In this document: piece after piece, positions 53,763 through 64,000 of the stretch
Layout: each line of letters begins with the position of its first letter
Numbering within the stretch: position 1 is the first letter of the stretch
DNA from: Lama glama
Taxonomy: Eukaryota
Direction of reading: 5' to 3'
Assembly (NCBI GenBank): GCA_028534125.1
Contig: CM052816.1
Span: 39,496,001 to 39,560,000, forward strand
Length of the DNA stretch: 64,000 nucleotides
Notes under the pieces: generated by a model
What the model was told of the DNA's origin: nothing
The model's database searches: none
The model's input: only the letters and a program-made list of their open reading frames with translations
Position numbers and translations under genes: made by a program

Positions 53763-55290
53763 TATGAATATGTTCACAATCCTGGGTAGGTTCCGTCAGC
53801 AGAATCTGATATCTGATATCCTGTTTTTGTACCCCTATCACTTTATAACCTTAGTAGAAAAATGGTATCATAGAGGGAAAAGAACTGGGAGATAAAAATA
53901 AAGTACATTAATTCATTTAACCAAAAATTCCTCTCTATGTTTTAAGAAAAGTTTACATCAAGTTGTTAGTTTGTTCACTTAGCTAGTTAATTAATTATTT
54001 GGGCTCTGAAGACTTTGATTGTAACCATGATTTGTGATCTACAAGGGAATAATAGTCAAATATCTGAAAATATCTGTACCTGAGCCATCTGTTCAGGCTA
54101 AGTACCACTTGTTAAACATGTCAGAAATTCATATTTATGTTGTGTTAATATTTGTAATTAGCCAACTCACAAAAATATATATAGTTAATGAAAAGAATAA
54201 ACCCCCAAATTTAAGTAACTCTTTTTAAAAGCATTCCCAAATATACTTAAGAATTTTGATAATAATTCCCTAGCAGAATATGAGATATGAAATGGAAATT
54301 CATCTGGACACCAAAGCCTTGTGACTGATTATAATAATTTAATTCTGTTTGAAGTAAAGGCTTTTAAAATATTGATAGCCATAAAGCTCATCAGAAATTT
54401 GCAATTTGAAATACGTTGATAGACATCTTGCAGAAAAAAGGAAATGCTGCAGTCTGCACTCCTAGATTAGAAGTTCAAAAAGGCACATCAGCACAGTAAA
54501 GCACTTGAGCATCCCTACAGTAAAGAGAGAAAGGTTTTAAATCTCGTATTTACAAAACACATTTGACCACAGAGTTTATCTCCTGTTCACCTATGAGCCT
54601 AGCCCACTGATTCGTGAGGTTTGGTAGAGAATAAGGACTGGTGAAGACCTACTGTTTCTCTTTTAATCCAGCTTCCCAGGTAAGTGGTTCTTTGAATGTG
54701 AGAAACATCCACCTGCACATATGAGACATGACAGAAGTCGGAGAGCAGGTGCTATGAAAGAGAAAAGTACGCAGTATCTGTTGTGTTGGCCGCCTAGAAG
54801 AGAAAGAAAACTAACTCTCCACATGAATACAATTTTTATCATTTCCCAGGAGAACTACTGTCAAACTATTTTACTATCCATGTGTAATTCTGACTTCAAC
54901 TCATTTAAGTTATGGAAATAACCTAATTAATTTATAAATCAGCTAAAAGATGTTGACTATCAAGTAACAACGTAATGCGGCTCTATGAAAAGACACCAAC
55001 AACCTTAACATTGTTAGTGAAGACATACTCCATCTCTTATTGGTCCTTCTTTTGCATTTGGGGCACATATAAAGTTTAACTGCATTACTCTTCAAGATTC
55101 CAGCTTGAAATCCTCCAAACCAGGTCCAGATAAGATATCTGAATGACACTTTTCCTTCCCCTTATTCTGTGTGCATGTGCACACACCTTTCTTACATATT
55201 TATTTCAGGTACAAGGACTTTAACTGTGATAGACTGAGTCAAAATCCTATATAACTTACAATGTATACATACACAATAGTATATATACAT

Positions 55291-55460
55291 AAGTTACAAA
55301 AAAGGTAATTATATGAGGTGTTGAATGCGATAACCAACCTTATTGTGGTAATCACTTTCAACATAGATGTGTATCAAATCATTATGCTGTACACCTTAAA
55401 CTTACACAATGTTATATATCAATTATATTGCAATAGAGCTGGAGGAAGAAAGAAAAAAAC
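55291..55460 (+). mobile_element. Old L1 3' terminus (L1MA9-like)
   Basis: atcattatgctgtacaccttaaacttacacaatgttatatatcaattatattgcaatagagctgg. Confidence 0.85.
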
Positions 55461-55481
55461 AGGCACAGAAGTTAAAGCATG

Positions 55482-57797
55482 GGAGAGACGGAGAAGATGG
55501 CGGAGTAGAAGGACGCTCGTAAGTCACCCTCTCCCACAAATACACCAAGACCCACATCTACAGACCCACTCAGCCAACCAGAGCAACTACGGAACTCCGA
55601 CAGAACATCACCCTCTTCAAAAGATAAAGACGCCAAAAATCTGGTAGGAGAAAAGGAAAAAAGAAAGAACAAAAGGCAAAGCAGCGCGGGACGGGTCCCG
55701 CGGGGAGGGAGCGGCAAAGGAGGACTGGCGCTTGCTCGCTGGGTCTCCCCTCTCCAACTGAGAGGCCAGCGGGACGGAGGGGGAGCCTCCGAGGCGCGGA
55801 TCTGTACAGAGCAGCCCTTGTCTGACAGAACTAAGTTAAACGGGCACAGAGCGTGTCCCCCCCCCCCCCCCCGACACCCAGCCTGAGACGCAGGCCGGCA
55901 GCGGCGGGCAGGGCCAGGCTGCGCAGGCCGGGCAGAGGACGGGGGCGGCTGCACGGAGGCAGCCCCGGGGTACTGCAAAGGGCTAGGAGCCGTGGCTGTG
56001 GGTGTACAGGGCAGAACAACCTGGGCCCTCCATAAAATAGCAAGGTTGATGTGCTCTCAGGGGAAGGGTGCATACCCCCATCTCTGAAAACCCGCGGAAA
56101 CTTTTCGGGGGAAGAGAGGTGGGGCTCAGGCACAGCCGCCATATCCTCCGGCGCTTAGCACCCAGGTGGGGGAAGGGGCGAAACCTGCATCCGCACGGAA
56201 GGGCTCAGCAGCCTCAAAGGCCAGACTGAGACAGGCCTACAGCCCGGGGCAGATAGGATCCTTCCATCCTGGTCCCTCAGAGAACTTGCTCCACAAAGAC
56301 AAACAAGGAGCTGGCTTTTGGCTCAGGGCAGGGACAAGGCTGTCTCTTGGTTTTCCCCGAGCCCACCCGCGGAGCAAGACCAGGGCGGAGCGCCGAGCGC
56401 GCAGCCGCACAGAGCAGCGAAGCTACCTGCGGCGCAGGTAGAGGGAGAGTCCCCCCTCCCCTTTCGGGCAGGAACACAGCCCCTGACCAAGGTGCTGGGA
56501 GGGGGCACGACCCGCCCTCCTACCTGGCCAGTCTGCAACATCTGACTGCGGCATCCGGAGGGGCAGTGACCCGCCCGCCCACGTCAGAGAGCTGCACCTG
56601 ACCCCGTGTTAGGAGGAGGCGCGATTGCTTGCCGACAGGTGCTGGGAGCAGCACAGAAGAGGGCGCCAACGGAGGGCCTCTGAAAACAAGCTGAGCTTCC
56701 AAAACAGGACGAAGACAGAAAGACTTCACATTAAAAGCACACAGACTCCAGGAGAACACCGACAACACCTTTTTTTGTTTGTTTGTTTGTTTTGTTTTTG
56801 GTTTTTTTTGTTTGTTTTTTGTTTTGTTCTTAAATCTGTTTTTACCTGTTCTATTTTCTATTACTCTCTTAATTCTTACTTCTTAATTCATTTCTATTTC
56901 TCTTGGGTTTTGATGTCCTGTTATTGATTAGACACAGGTTTCAAATACGTCTGTTCATCTCACCCCCCCCCTTTTTTTTAAAGGTTTTAAAAGGATGTCT
57001 CAACCCGATTAATACTCTGCTTCAACTCGCTCTTCTATTATTCATTATACACTGTTTTCAAACACTCTTTCTCTCTTCTTTTAAAATTCTATTTTTTTCT
57101 CTTTTTTCCTAAATTCTATTCCTAAATAGGCATTAGATAGATAAAATCCTTAAGATCCAAAATNNNNNNNNNNNNNNNNNNNNNNNNNNNNNNNNNNNNN
57201 NNNNNNNNNNNNNNNNNNNNNNNNNNNNNNNNNNNNNNNNNNNNNNNNNNNNNNNNNNNNNNNNNNNNNNNNNNNNNNNNNNNNNNNNNNNNNNNNNNNN
57301 NNNNNNNNNNNNNNNNNNNNNNNNNNNNNNNNNNNNNNNNNNNNNNNNNNNNNNNNNNNNNNNNNNNNNNNNNNNNNNNNNNNNNNNNNNNNNNNNNNNN
57401 NNNNNNNNNNNNNNNNNNNNNNNNNNNNNNNNNNNNNNNNNNNNNNNNNNNNNNNNNNNNNNNNNNNNNNNNNNNNNNNNNNNNNNNNNNNNNNNNNNNN
57501 NNNNNNNNNNNNNNNNNNNNNNNNNNNNNNNNNNNNNNNNNNNNNNNNNNNNNNNNNNNNNNNNNNNNNNNNNNNNNNNNNNNNNNNNNNNNNNNNNNNN
57601 NNNNNNNNNNNNNNNNNNNNNNNNNNNNNNNNNNNNNNNNNNNNNNNNNNNNNNNNNNNNNNNATAACTCACAGAGAAAAAAATGTGACAATGAGTGTGT
57701 ATATGTCCATGAATGACTGAAAAATTGTGCTGAACACTGGAATTTGACACAACATTGTAAAATGATTATAAATCAATAAAAAATGTAAAAAAAAAAA
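55482..57797 (+). mobile_element. Young, probably full-length L1 (interior hidden by assembly gap)
   Basis: CpG-rich 5'UTR starting with YY1-type aagatggcgg; 3' end with AATAAA and poly(A); perfect 15-bp TSD agaagttaaagcatg at 55467-55481 and 57798-57812. Confidence 0.93.
57164..57663. other. Assembly gap (500 N)
   Basis: Run of N. Confidence 1.
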
Positions 57798-58039
57798 AGA
57801 AGTTAAAGCATGTTCATACGTTCAGGGCCTAAGACTGAAGAGAGATGTCTAAGTTCTTTGCACTTAATTATTTGGGGAGAAATGGGAGGTAGTGTGCTTG
57901 ATAGGTAGGAGAAAGGAGATTCATTAAACACAACCAGTGACACAGTTTTATGACATATTTTTAAAGGGTAAACTATATAGAGGTTTAAAACACAGCCGAT
58001 CTGAAGCAATTAGTAGACACTGCAAAACGCCAAGGCCTT

Positions 58040-58150
58040 CAAAACACTATGTAAGCTAATCGCTTCAATGTCCCTTTGAGAAAAATGAAGTACAGAGAAG
58101 CTGAATTGTCTGCCAAGTTCACAAAGCCAATTCCACATCTGATATTCCGG
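58040..58150 (-). mobile_element. MIR fragment
   Basis: gagaaaaatgaagtacagagaagctgaattgtctgccaagttcaca. Confidence 0.55.
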
Positions 58151-58784
58151 TTTTATACAAGGTAGTCCCATCCATAGACCTCTGCCTGGTACACCTATGG
58201 GACGATACAGAAATTTGCCTTATCCAGCCAGCTACGCCGCGTGGAGGGTTAGGTCAGGTTGCATAGGACTCTGAAATCCTCTTAACTTCCATACCTGAGA
58301 ACATATACATGTTTTGACAGTAAATCAGAAAACCCATGAATCTAAGACATTTTGCTATTAAAGCAGCAGTAATACAGGTAAAGATGAACTTTAACACAGA
58401 TTTCACTGCTCACTTCAATGGGTATCTGCGGAAAGAAGATCCATTGATTTCCAGGATCCAGGATAATGAGCCTCTGAGAACTTTGGTTAAGTGTCTATAC
58501 TTTTGTTTGGAATGGAAATTTTGTGAATCATCATCATTTATCTAATGTTATTTGTGTTACACTTTACTGTCAAAATACTACCTGCCTTTCTGGGGAGAAT
58601 ATTTTAATGTCCATATTTAACATACCTATCTGGTTTTATTTTAAATCAAGCTAGCCAGTTGGCTGACTTTCTCTTTTCTGATGTTTATCTTAAAGGATTT
58701 TTCTTATTTTTTCCCATTTCCCTTCCTGTATTGTGGCTTTATCTGTCATACCCAACTCCAGTTACAGTTAAGCCAAAACTTTGG

Positions 58785-59290
58785 TAGACAAAGATGGAAT
58801 AAGCATAGTTGTGACTTTTGAGAATATTTTGCTTTAACAAGGGAGGCAATATATAAACAAATAATTGATGCACGGGGCAGTATGTTCCATAAGAAATTAT
58901 ACAGAAAGTGTTCTGAAGGACACACAAGTGATTGTTTGATTTGTCTTCAGGGATGTGGTAATAATTGAGCTGAATATTTGATGATGGGTTGGGAATAACA
59001 GAGATAATGAGCAAAAGCACAGAGGAGTGAAAGTGTATCATAGGTTGAAAGGACAGGAAGTTCTGTCATCTTCAGTAGCCAGTGTCTGGGACCTGAGGAA
59101 TCAGAGTGGGGGGGGGGGGCACTTGAAAGGTAGGATCCAAAGAATCTCATCTTCCATATTAGCTTTTCGGGCATTTATTCTGTCAGTGATAAGGAGCCTT
59201 TAAAGATTTTTAAACAAGATACCTTGCTGCAAAACACTATATACAGGCGAGCACGGAGAGCAGAAGGCAGACTTTTGGATGCATTGGTTA
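58785..59290 (-). mobile_element. L2
   Basis: atgagcaaaagcacagagg; tttattctgtcagtgataaggagcctttaaagatttttaaaca. Confidence 0.65.
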
Positions 59291-60874
59291 ATAATTTGGA
59301 AGTTACATGCACTGAACAAATGCATGGATAATCCACAGATTTCTACTTTGATTCTTTGTAGGTATATTATATGTACCTTCGATAAATAATGAGTATAGAA
59401 ATGTTTTGGAAGTATAAAATTAGTTTATTATGTATACTAATTTCCTTACACATAATTTAAAATGTATTATTTTACTATTGTACCATATAACATGAAAATT
59501 GGGATTATATTAATACTAATTATTCTTTTAAAATCTTTCTCAGCTATGTCAAAGAGGAGAGTATAGGTTATATTTCTGATCAGTCTCACATATTTCATAG
59601 CACTATGTAATCCTGTAATGCCTGAGATATAAAATTCACTCTATAATTCAGTAAACAAAAGCATTTTATTCTTAAAATAATAAATGGCTTTGACTTTGGA
59701 CTCAATCTGACTGAATGGCTTATATTAATCAAAAACACTGATTTTTTTTTTTCACAATAACATAAGGTCTGGAGTGCCACTGATTAGATTAAGATTAGAA
59801 AAACAAGATAATATACCTTCTGCCCATGGGGTGAGGAAAATCAATCACCAGTATGTCATTAAAACTGAAGACTATTCTTCTGCTACTGAACTGTTTGGAT
59901 ATATTATGTCATTAATCAATCTGTAACTAACAATCAGCTAAGTGCATTTGTTCTGAAAACTTTTAATTAGAACTAATTGCCCTTCTCTTTAGGATACTGT
60001 GCCAAATTATTACCAGTGGTTTTTAGCAGACAATTTTCAAATTACTGGAAAAGGGATTTAAAGGTGATATGCTCCCAGACAATTCATGTTTATCAGAACA
60101 ACATGGCCAGATCATTTTCACCATCCTTTGCCCTTTGTCCTCTGCTACGTAATCCTCAGAACAATCTTGCCAATTTCCTGTTATAAATTATGCTGACCAA
60201 ATCTGAAAACCTTGTAATTAGTTATAATTAGCTTTGCAGGAGGGAAAATGAATGAGAATAGTATAGTTAATGGATAGTTAATAAAAATTGAGGGCGTTGT
60301 CCCACTTATAAATTAAGATATTGAGAAAAATGAGCATATGAAAGAAGGTGATTATGTACTCTTATAAAACATTCTGTATCCTTTTCTTTTATGTAAATTT
60401 GCCCCTGAGAAATAAGCTTTTAATGGGTAAAAAAAAAAACTACTGATAGAATTGTTTTGAAACTACAACCACTATGTAACTAAATAAATTATAGAATATA
60501 TTTCATGTTAAAAATGCCATGTGATTAATTAGCACCTAATTTTGGTTGATCTCCTTAAATAAAGGTCAAGTTTTACCTACAGGCAACAGATTTAGAAAAA
60601 AATCTCCCGATGCGCATTTTTAAGAATTATTTTCAGAATTATTTTCAAATACTTCCTCACTAAATCAGATAGATATTCATGTAAAAATATTTAGAATTTA
60701 AAGTTCTCCATTTGCATATAAATGTTCTGATTATTTAAAGGCAATGGCATTCTTAAAGCAGGACACTGAGAACAGAGCTGGCCTAATAACAAGCACTGTA
60801 AGGTGGATGCCTGCAAGGATATAGATCATTTAGCAGGACGGAATGACTTACGATGCTGAGATGAGAATGTGAAC

Positions 60875-60896
60875 TATTATCTCATATGAGATAATA
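60875..60896. repeat. Perfect 22-bp palindrome
   Basis: tattatctcatatgagataata. Confidence 0.95.
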
Positions 60897-61429
60897 TGAA
60901 ACAAATAACTGCAAAGTGATCAAGGCAGAATTAAAGGATAGCTTATATTAATCAGAACAGTATTTGCAGTGAGTAATGTTTGTACTTAGATAACAAAGAT
61001 TATAGGTTAGGTAATCGCATGGCCTAGTTCCACCAGGAATGTTCCAGTTAACATTTTTATTCTCGGGCTCTACAATAAAGTATAAATTGACTGTAATCTT
61101 AGTTCTGTATAATCTAGCAAGGGACCAGAGGCATCAGTGGTGAAGGGTATTGCCTTTGCGGTGAATGAGCTCTTTATCTGTTTCATTGCTAGCAACAAAT
61201 TCCTCCAAAAAACTGTGATAAAGCTAGTTCCCCCTTGATTTTATTTCTCTTAATAAGTCCTTCCAAATTTCCCTTACTTTTAGGACTCTCACTTCCAAAA
61301 CTGACATTTTATGAGTATGTTTTCCATTTTTTCCAAAAAAGTTGTATTTTAAATTGACACAATTTGTTTTAAAATGGACTTGCTATATTACATCTTCTAT
61401 CTTTTGTCACAGTGATACTTCATACTATT

Positions 61430-61878
61430 TTGAGTAAGTGCCAGTCTCATAATTTATACCTATCCTCCTTATAAATTTCTTCAATGTCAGCCCTTAATTT
61501 TCTACCTGCTCATTAGACATTTCTTTTACCACTGTACAAAATAAATACCACTAGCTCGTTAAACTGAACATTCTGAAAATAAAATTTATCTTCTCACCTT
61601 CTAAATCACCATTTTCTGGATCACTAAGGTTCAAAATGTAGAGCAATTTTAGATTCTCATTTGTCTAAGTCATTTTACATCAAAAAGATCATCAAATCCT
61701 AATGACATGACATTCTCTGCATCACTTAAATTTACTATTTCTGTTTTTTAGTTATCACTAGCCACCCAAGTTTATTTCATTATGATTATTCCTGTAAAGT
61801 TTTGAAGCCTTCCTAAATATTTTCTGTTCCAATCTCTTTCCACCAGTTTGTCTTCAGGCAACTCTAAAACTTTAAAAC
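61430..61878 (+). mobile_element. L2, degenerate
   Basis: tctacctgctcattagacatttc...aaactgaacattctgaaaataaaatt...atcatcaaatcct. Confidence 0.6.
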
Positions 61879-61889
61879 ATCTTTTATGT

Positions 61890-62131
61890 CGGTGAGTCTA
61901 TTTCTGTTTTACTTATAGTTCCCAAGGTATACTAACTAGTATACATAAAATAAACAAGTTCATACTGTATAGCACAGGGAACTATATTCAATATCTTGTA
62001 GTAACTTATGGTGAAAAAGAATATGAAAATGAATATATGTATATTCATGTATGACTGAAGCATTATGTTGTATACCAGAAATCAACACGTTGTAAACTGA
62101 CTGTACTTCAATTAAAAAAAAATATATATAA
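61890..62131 (+). mobile_element. Mini L1 3' end with 5' inversion and 11-bp TSD
   Basis: Inverted piece 61890-61921 (gtgagtctatttctgtttt); sense 3'UTR from about 61927; TSD atcttttatgt at 61879-61889 and 62132-62142. Confidence 0.88.
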
Positions 62132-64000
62132 ATCTTTTATGTTATTTGTATAATCAGACATTTTGATGACTTTGCTTCTAGAAAGCATGGTCCCAAGCTA
62201 TCTTTCCGAATTTACTGTCAGGTAATCTTTGTATGAACTATTATACAAAGTCACTTTAACTGGAGGAATTAGGAGACAACTAGAACTATATTTTAGATAG
62301 GGATTATCAACAACTAATGAAATGTATTTTTTCTTTTTTACCTAAAATTTGCCATTGAAATATTTTCAAACAATTTCTAACCTATATCTAGTTTTCCATT
62401 GGAAGACATTTCATTTCAATTGAATGGCAGTGTTGACAAGATCTCTAAAACACATGTTCACACTGACTTTCACATCATTTCCAAATATTTTACATTGCAC
62501 TCATATAATGCAGGACTAAGAATGCCCTTCTAGGAGTTTTGGATGTTGTGCCTTTTTTTGTAGGGCAACTGCAGATCATTGCATGTTACCATATTTCGTT
62601 CATAATACTGTACCTGTGAGAACAGACATGGAATATAACATTTTGTAACAGAAGTGTCAATATGTTAAAAAGAGATGGGAAATTTTTTAGTATATTGATA
62701 CATAAATTGCAAGGCACTTCGATCAGAGAAAGCAGTTTTGCTTACAGTTTCATAAATCTGGTTCTCTGCATTTTCAATTGTCTTTAGCATATGTAGCGCC
62801 TAAAATTCTCATCTTTTGTGCTCCTTATGTGATTTCTCCCAAATTGACTCTGTCAATACAATTTTCAGGAGTATTTTTTATATGGTAAAAACTGCATTTC
62901 CAGTTAAAATCAGCATCTACACTTAATTTTGTGAATAAAAGTTTAAATAGTTATGGAACTTGATAAAACTGCATCTATGATTCAAATGTAATATATAAAA
63001 TGCATTATATATACACACACACACACATAATATTGGGTAGAATTCTCAAAGTATACCAATAAAAATCAGAATAGCTTGAATTAAAAACCTTAAGTAAATG
63101 AAGGCTAATGGTGATCCAAAAATAAAGCTACATGTGTTGATTAACTGTAGGATTTGTTTAAAACAGAGATTTAATTGTATTAACATTAAAGGATGGAAAC
63201 TTCCAAACAGAGGGTGGCAGGACTGAATTTCAAATGTGTTCTTATTAATAAATGGTTATACTTCTTTTGGATTTTTTTCCAGAAGGTACATCAAAATATT
63301 CTGACAATAACTGGTGCTGGCGATATTACAGTGACACTTTAGTCACATTAACTAAATTATAATCATGTAACACAGCTTGTCTTCTCATTATCAGAACTAT
63401 CCTTTTCAAATTTTTAAGCACTTGAAAGTGATAAATGTTTCCCACTGCTTCAAAAAAATAAAACTGTTTTTCAGGTATAACACCATACCTGTGACAGAAT
63501 AATACGCCATCCATCTGGAAGGCAGAATGCTCATTTTGTATACTGTATATATTGACATAAATGATACCTTTTAAACTTACAACTTTTTGTGTGAAGTGAT
63601 ATATTTTTCTTTCCAGCATAACAAGTATAAACTGTTTATTATTTTAAAAAATTATTTGTTCCACTTCAATTTAACTTAAACATCGTAATACAAATAAAAG
63701 ATTGAGCACTGTAATAGCTAAAATGTTAGTAGGGAACAGCTTTCAGGAAAAGCTAATTAGAAATAATCATTTCTCTAATTGTGTATGTGTAATAATTATT
63801 TTCAAAAATTGGCAATTTTTTCCTCTTTTTTCTCTCCCACTTCCCATAAAAACAGAATGGTAATCCAGTGTCTTTATGAGTGATCCCAAGTAGAAAACAT
63901 AAGTGGCAAAACTGACATCAGAAAACAGCTATCATAAAGTAGTTGGCATAAAGACAAATTTTCAAAATTAAATATTTATATGTCTTGGGCCTCTAGTTGA

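Noticed and set aside
54943..55149. ORF with CPKC, resembling a zinc finger
   Set aside because: No second ligand pair, poor splice sites, no recognisable homology.
57122..57750. 189-aa and 205-aa ORFs
   Set aside because: Artefacts of translating the N gap.
63326..63619. 97-aa ORF with an internal cag|gtatgg donor
   Set aside because: No recognisable protein and an ambiguous acceptor.

Overview
AT-rich mammalian genomic DNA, most likely a camelid (two tRNA-derived SINEs resembling the camelid Vic-1 family, plus lineage-type L1 3' ends; both recognised from memory, not by database search). I recognise no protein-coding gene. The supplied ORFs are chance ORFs or L1/ERV fragments. Much of the window is transposon relics: old and young L1s, MaLR/ERVL/ERV1 solo LTRs, a decayed ERVL pol, MIR, L2 and hAT MERs. 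A young, TSD-flanked and probably full-length L1 (55482-57797) has its middle hidden by a 500-N gap. L1s and LTRs lie overwhelmingly on the + strand, which hints that the window is intronic to a minus-strand transcript. A few weak minus-strand exon candidates and a CpG-rich RUNX/ETS motif cluster fit that idea. I found no convincing new biological system. The best lead is a possible antisense (ORF0-like) reading frame shared by two L1 5'UTR copies, with only synonymous differences over nine codons. Repeat family names are provisional and old-repeat boundaries are approximate.
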